DNA from: an uncultured virus (IMG/VR IMGVR_UViG_3300030044_000019)
Lineage: Duplodnaviria; Heunggongvirae; Uroviricota; Caudoviricetes
Reading direction: 5' to 3' (one strand)
IMG/VR virus record: IMGVR_UViG_3300030044_000019
Span: 51,650-71,649 of that record
DNA: 20,000 bases
Part shown: positions 1 through 7,778 of the stretch, in pieces
How positions within the stretch are numbered: the stretch's first letter is position 1
Layout: every line of letters starts with the position of its first letter
The notes under the pieces: generated by a model
What the model was told of the DNA's origin: nothing
The model's database searches: none
The model's input: only the letters and a program-made list of their open reading frames with translations
Translations under genes and position numbers: made by a program

Positions 1-280
1 GTTTCATTGAACTTACCACATCCTTTGTATCTTTGCAAGCTAATTCTAACATATAGAGTTTCCTAACGAAAAAGCCAAATTTTGCATTAAGTTTTCCGTT
101 AGTGAGCAGATTGTCTATATAATTTAATGCATCATTTATGTCCATCCACGAATTCCAACACGCATTTGTTAGGCCTTGTATATGAGCCCAGTAAATTTCT
201 CGTTCTGTTCGATTGCCAATAGAACTGAGTCTGTATTTAGCTATGGTATGCAATCGTCCCTGTAAAAATTCCTTATCCAT
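1..280 (-). CDS. hypothetical protein, runs off the window edge (MDKEFLQGRLHTIAKYRLSS...)
   Basis: Read by hand: ATG at 280, AGGGG SD upstream, frame open to position 1; starts right after the recombinase stop. Confidence 0.75.
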   Translation of the reverse strand, partial: MDKEFLQGRLHTIAKYRLSSIGNRTEREIYWAHIQGLTNACWNSWMDINDALNYIDNLLTNGKLNAKFGFFVRKLYMLELACKDTKDVVSSMK

Positions 281-281
281 A

Positions 282-818
282 TCAGATCCCCTTAATCGCA
301 TTATCAATTGCGCCCTGGTCAAAGCTCAAGTAGCTCACCGTTGAATTAATAGATTTATGTCCAAGCGCCCTTTGGGTATTTATGAGATCTCTTCCTAAGG
401 CTTCAAATACATTTTTAGCTAGAGTCTTGCGCATTGAATGACTAGATACTTTACCTTCAATCCTTGCATCAGCTACAGCTTTCTTAATGATTCTGTGTGC
501 TTGTGCTCGTTTAATAGGGAATAGACTATCTTGTGGTTGCATAGTTATAACTCCCATTGCTTCAAGTGCAGCTTTAGCTTTATCATGTAGAACCACCGTA
601 CGGCTGTTGTGTTTCCCTTTCATAGACGCTCGCTTAACCGTAACCGAGTCTTTAATCTTTCCATACTGAACTACATCTTGCACAGTAATTGAAAGCAGTT
701 CACTGATACGAAATCCAGTCTTGCATCCAAGTAGGAATAGGCACTTATTACGTTGGCTAGTAAAGCTATCGAGCATCATCTTAACTTCTTTATCGTTCAG
801 CGGTTTTGAACCAATCAT
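282..818 (-). CDS. tyrosine recombinase/integrase, catalytic domain only (178 aa)
   Basis: Full catalytic set: TGFRISEL (R), MKGK (K), HSMRK (HxxR), LGHKS (H), TVSYL (Y); no separate N-terminal arm/core-binding domain. Confidence 0.92.
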   Translation of the reverse strand: MIGSKPLNDKEVKMMLDSFTSQRNKCLFLLGCKTGFRISELLSITVQDVVQYGKIKDSVTVKRASMKGKHNSRTVVLHDKAKAALEAMGVITMQPQDSLFPIKRAQAHRIIKKAVADARIEGKVSSHSMRKTLAKNVFEALGRDLINTQRALGHKSINSTVSYLSFDQGAIDNAIKGI

Positions 819-844
819 TTTAGATACCTCTTGTTTACTATTAA

Positions 845-860
845 TGCTATCTTTGTGCCA
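845..860 (-). promoter_or_regulatory. sigma-54 -24/-12 promoter P1 (recombinase)
   Basis: TGGCACAAAGATAGCA (GG-N10-GC); perfect IHF consensus AATCAA-TATC-TTA at 865-877; G-N13-C boxes at 904-918 and 923-937. Confidence 0.8.
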
Positions 861-925
861 ACCTTAAGATATTGATTCTATTGGTTATACGTTTTACTAA
901 TCCGTATAACTTTTAGTCAGTTGTC

Positions 926-1135
926 TTATTCTTGTTCAGCATCCACTTCGAATTCAATCACCGTCACATAATCGCATCCATTCTTCCAGTAATGTGTATC
1001 GGCTTCAATCCAACCATCTTCAAAAGCTGTATCTTGGTTGAGTGCTGCGGCCTTTGCTTTACTAAAAGTAGAATAAACACCTACTGCTTGTCCACCCTCA
1101 TATCTTTCACCACGTTCAACAACATACACTTTCAT
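926..1135 (-). CDS. small hypothetical phage protein
   Basis: 69 aa ORF with AGGAG SD; MKVYVV...GVYST...A pattern common in phage early regions. Confidence 0.8.
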   Translation of the reverse strand: MKVYVVERGERYEGGQAVGVYSTFSKAKAAALNQDTAFEDGWIEADTHYWKNGCDYVTVIEFEVDAEQE

Positions 1136-1184
1136 AAAATTCGCTCCTGTATTATTTTAAATTACAATTCGAAATTTGACCCAT
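1136..1184 (-). repeat. 49-bp bipartite element, copy B1
   Basis: plus strand AAAATTCGCTCCTGT...TTGACCCAT, same spacing as the other copies. Confidence 0.7.
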
Positions 1185-1188
1185 ACCT

Positions 1189-1557
1189 CTAGAATTCGAA
1201 CTTTTCACCTTCTGCAGATTCAATTACTTTTCCAGAGCAGACACGCCTATTTCGTATATTTTGTTGTGGATTAACAATCCTACAATTTTCAGGAAGGTAG
1301 TGCCCATTCGAATCGATTCTATCTAACTGATAATGGCGACTATTAGAAATAAAGTCTTCTTGGCTTATTCCTCTTGCCACTAGCTCTCTTTCAAACCACA
1401 CTCTGAAATTATAGATGTCTTCAATCCAGTGAGAACAAACCCTAATGTTTCTGGCGCCGTAATTTTTATAAGAAGTATCAGTTTTCCTGTAACATCTAGC
1501 CATCATCGAATCGTATCTTTTTCCTACGTAATAATTAAAATCTCTTTTTCTTCCCAT
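1189..1557 (-). CDS. HNH-type homing endonuclease-like protein
   Basis: RCY..Y.NYG.R.IRVC..W..F..W...LDRID.NG.Y.PENCR...Q..N phage HNH signature. Confidence 0.75.
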   Translation of the reverse strand: MGRKRDFNYYVGKRYDSMMARCYRKTDTSYKNYGARNIRVCSHWIEDIYNFRVWFERELVARGISQEDFISNSRHYQLDRIDSNGHYLPENCRIVNPQQNIRNRRVCSGKVIESAEGEKFEF

Positions 1558-1558
1558 C

Positions 1559-2650
1559 TTATTCTCCTACACTTGGATTAAAACTAGCAGGTACACTCCA
1601 AGAAGTAGAACCTGCGGCCCAACCGTGTGGTTCAGCCGAACTACAACCAGCCTGCCACGATAGTGTGCGGGTATGAGTAGTGGTATTAGTATTGATTGAA
1701 AACTTACAACCCGATTCGTCTGTATCTTGATAGCTTCCATCTGGAATAAAGGATAGACGAGTGTCTTGCCCAGCCATTGTTTGGGAAAAATCAGCAAGTA
1801 AATCTCCATTGCTAAACAAAATTAGCTCTTCTTTCCATGCGCTTGAAGCTAATCCACACGGCGCTATAAAAGACATAGGAGTGAGTCCAGAATTACCAGC
1901 TGGACCTTGAGGACCTACAGAACCCTGTGATCCAGTAGCTCCGACCAAACCATTGCAAATCACTTTTGGCGTAGAGACTACTCCTGCATTAGTTACGACC
2001 ACCACCTGGCCACCAGTAGAACATTGAGCAGACGTAGCCACTGTAACACTCACCGAAGAACTCGTGCCATTTTGTCCAGAACTTCCGGTAGCACCAACAT
2101 TTCCTTGCAAGCCTTGCTGTCCAACAGCACCATTACATACCAATGTTGTAGATGTAACTGTATCCGATGTCGCATTGTAAAATCCACTATTGGAAGGATC
2201 GGTAAAGGTAATCAGTTGAACACCCCCTACCCCATTGCACGCATTTGGTAGTTGGGTAGCCTGTAGTCCTGCTCCCAAGCCCTGAGAGCCATTTTGTCCA
2301 GCAGTCCCTGCCTGACCAGCAATCCCATTACTAACCGTAGTTGTGGTTCCATCTGGGCATGTAATAGTAGATGCGCCATTCACTTCTGACACCGTACAGT
2401 TTTGTGACTTAGAATTGACCAGTGGGACTGTAAGGCTAATCTCACCACACCCTGATACTACGCTGATAAAGACAGTAAGTGAGATAATTTTTAACATACT
2501 GGTTGCTCCATTTTTGTTAGCTTTTTTGTATATCCGGTTCAATTCCGAGAAAGTAAAATGTCCTGCAATCTGTGTAGCTTTTGCATGTGTTACAGTTCTA
2601 CCCATTTTCTTAACAATCCAATAAATCATAGAGATGTTCTTGTTTTGCAT
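1559..2650 (-). CDS. collagen-like (Gly-X-Y) Cys-repeat putative lipoprotein
   Basis: Three Gly-X-Y runs alternating with C..GG...CNG modules; lipobox VSGC after a hydrophobic stretch starting at Met52 (alternative start 2497 with GGAG). Confidence 0.75.
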   Translation of the reverse strand: MQNKNISMIYWIVKKMGRTVTHAKATQIAGHFTFSELNRIYKKANKNGATSMLKIISLTVFISVVSGCGEISLTVPLVNSKSQNCTVSEVNGASTITCPDGTTTTVSNGIAGQAGTAGQNGSQGLGAGLQATQLPNACNGVGGVQLITFTDPSNSGFYNATSDTVTSTTLVCNGAVGQQGLQGNVGATGSSGQNGTSSSVSVTVATSAQCSTGGQVVVVTNAGVVSTPKVICNGLVGATGSQGSVGPQGPAGNSGLTPMSFIAPCGLASSAWKEELILFSNGDLLADFSQTMAGQDTRLSFIPDGSYQDTDESGCKFSINTNTTTHTRTLSWQAGCSSAEPHGWAAGSTSWSVPASFNPSVGE

Positions 2651-2659
2651 ATATTCTCC

Positions 2660-3142
2660 TTAGAAGTTATAACCAAGTCCAAGCCACGCGTTGCCTCTTA
2701 CTGTAGCGCCAAGCGTTCCTCGAATAGCATCCGAGAAATCTCGTTGAAGCATCAAGCCTACGTCTGGTTGGTAGCTATTGTTAGCTGTGTAAGTTGTACT
2801 AGTGTAGCTAGTAGTCAACTTATTAGGCGTCATCATGCCCACAAGTGAAATGGAGGTTTTCCTTTGGGCTTCCCTGATCACTACAGGTCTAGTTTGTCGA
2901 TGTTGTTGTGGCTGAACGATCGTAACAGTGTTATTAGTAGTTGTGTTGGTTGTGGTATTTGTGATCACGGTGCTAGGCTTTTGCGGCGTTGTAGTAGCCT
3001 TCTTTTTTGGCAATGGACAACCGCAGGATTTAGTCAGTTGCGGATTAGCATGACAAACCGTTGGAGCTTGGCCACATACTTCGTATGCGAAGGCTGATTG
3101 ATTAAGAAGGATTAGACTCAGACCGACAATTACTTTTTTCAT
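2660..3142 (-). CDS. secreted/outer-membrane protein with Thr-rich linker and C-terminal beta-strands
   Basis: Signal peptide MKKVIVGLSLILLNQSAFA; 4-Cys head; T-rich linker; ends WLGLGYNF (beta-signal-like). Confidence 0.6.
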   Translation of the reverse strand: MKKVIVGLSLILLNQSAFAYEVCGQAPTVCHANPQLTKSCGCPLPKKKATTTPQKPSTVITNTTTNTTTNNTVTIVQPQQHRQTRPVVIREAQRKTSISLVGMMTPNKLTTSYTSTTYTANNSYQPDVGLMLQRDFSDAIRGTLGATVRGNAWLGLGYNF

Positions 3143-3177
3143 TATGGACTCCTTTGTTAACTTACATTTCTATATAA

Positions 3178-3193
3178 TGCAACCAAGATACCA
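3178..3193 (-). promoter_or_regulatory. sigma-54 promoter P2
   Basis: TGGTATCTTGGTTGCA; IHF-like AATGAA-TAGT-TTA 3199-3211; G-N13-C boxes 3236-3250 and 3255-3269. Confidence 0.75.
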
Positions 3194-3267
3194 ACTAATA
3201 AACTATTCATTTCAACTATTGAACAAAACCAGACTGAAGAACTTTGATACAGTTGTAGTATACTTAT

Positions 3268-3705
3268 TCACTTGTACAGCTCTAGTTCTTGGTAATATCG
3301 ATACTTATTATTAATATAACAAGGCGTATCACCAAAGACAGACGGAAACATAATACTTACAGGGCAATTATTAGCGTCCACGTCCTTAATATGTTGAAGT
3401 CCCATAGCGCAATGTCCAAGCTCATGAAACACAAGTTGTTCCTTCAGGTCATCGCCTATTTTTGCCCAATAAATGGGATCGATTTGGATAATTCTACTGC
3501 CGTCGTCGTACAAGCTACATTGGCCTACCCTAGGTAGGGTAAGTGAAACAAAACCCGCCGATATGTTGTCAGTTCTAACGCCTATGTATTGTGTGAACTT
3601 AGCAAAATAAGGAACCAGTAGTGGATCTACATGCGCAGGCATTGTAGGTGCGGGTTGTTGACCGCAACCACTTAGCAATAGCAGGAATAAACAAATATAT
3701 CGCAT
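3268..3705 (-). CDS. lipoprotein zinc metallopeptidase (metzincin-like)
   Basis: Lipobox LSGC; HELGHCAMGLQH zinc motif; SIMFP Met-turn; TAATG overlap with the upstream gene suggests start at 3705. Confidence 0.8.
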   Translation of the reverse strand: MRYICLFLLLLSGCGQQPAPTMPAHVDPLLVPYFAKFTQYIGVRTDNISAGFVSLTLPRVGQCSLYDDGSRIIQIDPIYWAKIGDDLKEQLVFHELGHCAMGLQHIKDVDANNCPVSIMFPSVFGDTPCYINNKYRYYQELELYK

Positions 3706-3923
3706 TAAGGCTCCCATTCTTTCAAGTCTTCTTCAGTTACTCTTTTATCTTGAAGAGCTAAGAGAATTTGTTTGGCTCTATTTCGGCGTGCTATAGCCGT
3801 TTGTTTTATATTTGAATTGTCTTTTACTACTAAAAGATCCAGATAGTCCTTATAAAGGGACATTGCGGCTATGAGCACCTTCAAATCCTTTTTTTTCGCG
3901 TAAAGTACTTTTATATGTTTCAT
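3705..3923 (-). CDS. hypothetical protein
   Basis: 72 aa ORF, AAGGG SD, directly downstream of the tRNA. Confidence 0.7.
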   Translation of the reverse strand: MKHIKVLYAKKKDLKVLIAAMSLYKDYLDLLVVKDNSNIKQTAIARRNRAKQILLALQDKRVTEEDLKEWEP

Positions 3924-3940
3924 ATCAATACCCTTAAAAT

Positions 3941-4017
3941 TGGTCCGCCGCCTAGGAATTGAACCTAGGTCAAAGCCTTATAAGAGCCTTTGGAGCGACC
4001 AGCCCCGACCACGGCGG
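3941..4017 (-). tRNA. tRNA-Ile (anticodon UAU) with atypical D-arm
   Basis: Acceptor CCGCCGT/GCGGCGG + A + CCA; T-arm CTAGG-TTCAATT-CCTAG; anticodon stem AGGCT/GGCTT with loop CT-TAT-AA. Confidence 0.85.
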
Positions 4018-4022
4018 TATAT

Positions 4023-4071
4023 AAAATTCACTTCTGTAAATATTTAGTATAATTAGATACGTTTAATCCAC
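4023..4071 (-). repeat. 49-bp bipartite element, copy B2 (5 nt upstream of the tRNA)
   Basis: AAAATTCACTTCTGTAAAT (19 nt identical to 5516-5534)...TTAATCCAC. Confidence 0.7.
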
Positions 4072-4289
4072 CCCTCGATATCCGATTCTCTAAGAAATCT
4101 TTGAAGCCTATCGTAATTTCTTACTCTGAGATTAATTTTATCACGATTTCTATCACAGTAGTTTTTATTTCTAATTTTATCGCATAATTTACATTTTAAA
4201 GACAAGCCATCTTTTTTCCTGCTTTTGTCGGACCCAAATTCAGTTTTGTCTAACCATACGTTACAAATCTGACATAACTTTTTCTTCAT
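4053..4289 (-). CDS. zinc-ribbon protein (CxxC...CKLC), resembling the N-terminus of phage HNH proteins
   Basis: CQIC...EF..D..RKKDGL..KCKLC; AGGAGA SD supports start at 4289. Confidence 0.7.
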   Translation of the reverse strand: MKKKLCQICNVWLDKTEFGSDKSRKKDGLSLKCKLCDKIRNKNYCDRNRDKINLRVRNYDRLQRFLRESDIEGWIKRI

Positions 4290-4305
4290 ATAATTCTCCT
4301 TTTCA

Positions 4306-4707
4306 TTACCGCACCACATAATAACGGCCATTGGAAAATGTGTAACAGTTATGTGTCAAAGCCTCAGCTTCATTCACTTCCGTAAACTGTCCAATCTTCT
4401 CCGAATTGCCTGCTACATAATGCAACACCGCTGTATCGTCATTGTGAACTTCGAGCACGCTTTCTTGGTTAAACAGTGCACCCAAGTTCAAAGCGATCGA
4501 GAGATTCTCGGCGTGGTCCTTGGCGCTATCGGCATAGAGCATGAAAGTGGATTCAGCTACATTCTTATAAACTCCCTTGACTACTGCGAAATTGCTACCT
4601 TCGCGCTTAAGCAGATTAAGAGCCTTGATATGATTTTGGTGATTGATACTGTCAGACTTGCCAGAAAGTTCAGCGGATACGAATACTTTATTTGATTTAG
4701 TCAACAT
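4306..4707 (-). CDS. S-adenosylmethionine lyase (T3 gp0.3 SAMase-like), anti-restriction
   Basis: Motif order VSA, N..NH, G.Y..E, QESVL, A.L.Y, G.F.EV, CYT...RYYV matches T3 SAMase as I recall it. Confidence 0.8.
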   Translation of the reverse strand: MLTKSNKVFVSAELSGKSDSINHQNHIKALNLLKREGSNFAVVKGVYKNVAESTFMLYADSAKDHAENLSIALNLGALFNQESVLEVHNDDTAVLHYVAGNSEKIGQFTEVNEAEALTHNCYTFSNGRYYVVR

Positions 4708-4739
4708 TTGTTTTTCTCCTTGGTTACGGTACTAAGTAA

Positions 4740-4755
4740 TGCTATCTTCATGCCA
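4740..4755 (-). promoter_or_regulatory. sigma-54 promoter P3 (SAM lyase)
   Basis: TGGCATGAAGATAGCA; IHF-like AACCAA-GCAG-TTA 4760-4772; G-N13-C boxes 4799-4813 and 4817-4831. Confidence 0.8.
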
Positions 4756-4818
4756 CCGCTAACTGCTTGGTTTTATTACTTCGTGACAATTTTTGTCTGG
4801 TTATTATTTAGACAGTGT

Positions 4819-5244
4819 TTAGTTGTTGGTCAGTAACCTCCAAATAATAAAGTAGTGGGTTAAATGATGCGCCAGCTGATCAGTGCCTAATGCGAACCAA
4901 AAATAAGTATTTCCTTTCAAAGCGTCTTGATCATTGGCTTGTACAGCAGCTGCGTAAGTATCCTTTGTAAGAGCCTTCCATCGTCCACCAAGCGTAGGAC
5001 TAGCCTTGATCCTGTCCACCACAAAGTGCACTGACATATCTAGTAGCGCCAGCCAAAAAGCACTTTTAGGTTTAAAGTATGAGGCAATTAAAAATGTACC
5101 CATACCGTGTACAGCTACATGCGCTAATAGCGGTAATATAAAGTTAGGAGACTTCTTAAACTTGCCCAGCATATACTGTGTCTGCAAAGGAAAGTCTGCG
5201 AGAAAATGTTTGGCTTGATAAAGAATAAGCAATAAGTATACCAT
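4819..5244 (-). CDS. DUF3307-like membrane protein
   Basis: HFLADFPLQ, H.AVH, HFVVD, DQLAH motifs with hydrophobic helices. Confidence 0.8.
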   Translation of the reverse strand: MVYLLLILYQAKHFLADFPLQTQYMLGKFKKSPNFILPLLAHVAVHGMGTFLIASYFKPKSAFWLALLDMSVHFVVDRIKASPTLGGRWKALTKDTYAAAVQANDQDALKGNTYFWFALGTDQLAHHLTHYFIIWRLLTNN

Positions 5245-5256
5245 TAACCATCTCCT

Positions 5257-5505
5257 TTAACTATTTTTCCACGAGACGCACCAATCAGACAGGGGCTCTT
5301 TTGTTACTTTGTACCCTTTTGCTGTCAACTCTTCCATTATTTTGGGGAAAGTATTGAAATATAAAGATAAAAAATAGATCGAGGTTTTACCTTGGCTAAT
5401 AGCCACTTGGATTCCGCCAACAACGCGATCTGTATAGCATTTGAGTTCATTAAGTTCCGAAACTCTTTTAGCTTCTTTCGCATCTAGTAGTTCTTTTAAA
5501 AGCAT
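5257..5505 (-). CDS. hypothetical protein
   Basis: GGAGG SD before ATG 5505; ends ...L..KGYKV......VSW. Confidence 0.75.
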   Translation of the reverse strand: MLLKELLDAKEAKRVSELNELKCYTDRVVGGIQVAISQGKTSIYFLSLYFNTFPKIMEELTAKGYKVTKEPLSDWCVSWKNS

Positions 5506-5515
5506 ATTTCCTCCC

Positions 5516-5564
5516 AAAATTCACTTCTGTAAATTACAACAATTTATAATTCTTTTCGATCCAC
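5516..5564 (-). repeat. 49-bp bipartite element, copy B3
   Basis: AAAATTCACTTCTGT...TCGATCCAC. Confidence 0.7.
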
Positions 5565-5911
5565 GTAGCTATAGCCTTAAAACTAGCGCCTTCATCGTTT
5601 ATATGGGCTAGATCAACGGACATAAATTTGCGGGTGCCGCTTCTAACAGTGATAGTTTTACTAATATTATTAATGTCATCCCGAATTTTACCACTGGCAG
5701 ATTTAATGTCGCACTTTTCTTGCATGCCAGGGAGATCTAGTATCGCTCTTCCTCGGATCAACTCCTTGCTATAACCGTTAATATCGGCGAGCACTCCTAA
5801 GCAACAATGCTCAATTCCAGCACCCGGATTTTGGCATAACTTACTAGCCCCCTGCTTATACTTCCCGCTCCTCAAAGCCTTAACCCAGCGCATCGCGTTC
5901 TTCTTTAGCAT
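5534..5911 (-). CDS. conserved phage hypothetical protein
   Basis: WVKALRSGKYKQG..L....CCLGVL...ND.G.SF..IA.WIE pattern; AGGAG SD. Confidence 0.8.
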   Translation of the reverse strand: MLKKNAMRWVKALRSGKYKQGASKLCQNPGAGIEHCCLGVLADINGYSKELIRGRAILDLPGMQEKCDIKSASGKIRDDINNISKTITVRSGTRKFMSVDLAHINDEGASFKAIATWIEKNYKLL

Positions 5912-5926
5912 ATCATTCTCCTTTGT

Positions 5927-5975
5927 TAAAAACACTTTTATAAATTCCTACAGACACATGTTAAAATTGACCCTG
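5927..5975 (-). repeat. 49-bp bipartite element, copy B4
   Basis: TAAAAACACTTTTAT...TGTTAAAATTGACCCTG. Confidence 0.75.
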
Positions 5976-5979
5976 GGGA

Positions 5980-6489
5980 CTAGGCTGCTTGCAATTTTAG
6001 ATCCTTACCAAGGCTCAGTAGGTATGTGGTTGCGGCCTTAGCAGCTTTTCTGGCTTTTACTCTATCGGCTAAAGGATATTCTTTTAAGTACGCACGTAAA
6101 ACCTTGGCATAATGTTTTTTGTCAAATCCAAGCTCGATAGCAAGATAATACATACCATATTGAGCGATAGCCTCTTCTGTGTGGTATGTTTGTGTGTTTA
6201 TACGCGCTATTTTTCTCGTAACGCTTTTTCGATTGAGCCTCTTCTCATGGCCCGTCCAATGAATGAGTTCGTGCAAAAGGGTTACGTTGATATTCCAAGG
6301 CAATGTTCCTTTATAAGTATCAAGCGTGTTAATTGCTATAACATCAAACCGAGAGCTATACGCGCCTGTTGAATAACCGAGCATTCTTTTAGACATAGTG
6401 TTTTGGACTTTATAGAAAGGAACAACGTGCGCGCCGCTCGATTTAATTAATCTCTGTACTTTGGCATGGATTTTTTTAAACTGTTGCAT
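5980..6489 (-). CDS. zincin-like metallopeptidase domain of the ArdC C-terminal (MPTase) type
   Basis: TLLHELIHWTGHEKRLNR...Y..EE.IA motif characteristic of ArdC/polyvalent-protein MPTase. Confidence 0.8.
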   Translation of the reverse strand: MQQFKKIHAKVQRLIKSSGAHVVPFYKVQNTMSKRMLGYSTGAYSSRFDVIAINTLDTYKGTLPWNINVTLLHELIHWTGHEKRLNRKSVTRKIARINTQTYHTEEAIAQYGMYYLAIELGFDKKHYAKVLRAYLKEYPLADRVKARKAAKAATTYLLSLGKDLKLQAA

Positions 6490-6499
6490 ATTGCCTCCT

Positions 6500-6548
6500 A
6501 AAAATCACTATTGTGTTAATCCAGATATATGTGTCAAATTTAACCTAT
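6500..6548 (-). repeat. 49-bp bipartite element, copy B5
   Basis: AAAAATCACTATTGT...TGTCAAATTTAACCTAT. Confidence 0.8.
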
Positions 6549-6557
6549 AGGGCCTGC

Positions 6558-7160
6558 TCAATGTTGGCATGGATCGGTATTGGTCCTAGTCGCATTATCG
6601 TCTGTTACTGGCGTAGGAATAACTTGCGTCGGCGTGGGAGTCGGTACCGGACTAGGTAGCGTCAAAGTCAATGCTTGATTGCAAGCGGTTACAGCGCCAC
6701 TAGCCGTCAAGTAAACACTATTGAGAGTAATGCTACTAGTTTTAGGTCCCAAGACATTTCGCAGTGCTTGGGTTGTCAACACTAAGTCGCCAAAGTAAAC
6801 TGTTATGCCGTTGTTCACTTGGATAACCTTGTAATTGCTAAACGTCAAGCCTTTGACTGTTAGTTTATAATTAGGCAATGCCGTGCCGGCTGCTATCGTC
6901 TTGTTAGGTAGCGTCAAAGTCAATGGGATATCAGTCAAAGCAGGGTCAAATGTGACTCCCTGGAATGCACTGGTACAACCTGCGTCATTACTGACATTCC
7001 CGACTAATGAACTCGCAAGCGTACTAGTTTCTAAACGGAAGTCGGCATAGTTTTGGGTTAGGCTAGAATTGACAGTCTGTTGCGCTAATGCCAAAGTTGC
7101 AGCCGATACTAAACCTAGAGCAACCATACACTCGATTAAAGAAAATCCTTGGTTATTCAT
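6558..7160 (-). CDS. type IV prepilin-like protein
   Basis: Class III signal MNNQG/FSLIE with Glu5 and hydrophobic helix; Cys-containing beta domain; Pro/Thr tail. Confidence 0.85.
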   Translation of the reverse strand: MNNQGFSLIECMVALGLVSAATLALAQQTVNSSLTQNYADFRLETSTLASSLVGNVSNDAGCTSAFQGVTFDPALTDIPLTLTLPNKTIAAGTALPNYKLTVKGLTFSNYKVIQVNNGITVYFGDLVLTTQALRNVLGPKTSSITLNSVYLTASGAVTACNQALTLTLPSPVPTPTPTQVIPTPVTDDNATRTNTDPCQH

Positions 7161-7171
7161 ATGTGTTACCT

Positions 7172-7220
7172 CAAAATCACTTTTGTGTGTCAGCTCAAAC
7201 CTATGTCAAAATTGACCTAT
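7172..7220 (-). repeat. 49-bp bipartite element, copy B6
   Basis: CAAAATCACTTTTGT...TGTCAAAATTGACCTAT, followed by ATCCC. Confidence 0.8.
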
Positions 7221-7224
7221 ATCC

Positions 7225-7767
7225 CTAGGCTGCTTTAGTGTTAACCCAAAATACATTCCCGTGACGGTCTTGTTTAAACACATTAGGATAGTATCCTGAC
7301 TTTTCCATGTATTGCTCAATAAGGTTATTCCTTTGAGTATCATCATCGTATTCATGATTTTGAATAACCCATTTTCCCGAATCCGTATCTAATACATCGC
7401 CGTCGTCATTGATAATCAAGTTACCACATTCCAACGTGTAAACCGTCCCTACTTCCCAGTCAATATAAGCGCATTCCAAGTCATTAACATGCGCTTCAAA
7501 TGCTTCGCGTGCCTCTGTAGGGATTTGGTCTAGGGCACTGCGCACGTATGCCCAACGTCTAATCTCACCGTGGCTATCAGTATCATACTCTTTAGTATCG
7601 TTCAAAGCCTTAAGTGTGTCAGTTACTACGCCAGACCAAGTTGATTCAAATGCTTTGACGTATTCGTTTCGCAATTTGTTTTGAATGACTGACGATTTTT
7701 CATTGTAATCCTTGGTCAGTGTGGTTAGTTGATTCTCAAGTTTTGCAATCGTATTAGATTTAATCAT
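7225..7767 (-). CDS. hypothetical protein with acidic C-terminal half
   Basis: AAGGA SD before ATG 7767; ends KAA. Confidence 0.8.
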   Translation of the reverse strand: MIKSNTIAKLENQLTTLTKDYNEKSSVIQNKLRNEYVKAFESTWSGVVTDTLKALNDTKEYDTDSHGEIRRWAYVRSALDQIPTEAREAFEAHVNDLECAYIDWEVGTVYTLECGNLIINDDGDVLDTDSGKWVIQNHEYDDDTQRNNLIEQYMEKSGYYPNVFKQDRHGNVFWVNTKAA

Positions 7768-7778
7768 ATGTTCCTTTC

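Noticed and set aside
3941..4017. tRNA as an attachment site for the recombinase
   Set aside because: No duplicated tRNA fragment seen in the window, and phage-like genes lie on both sides
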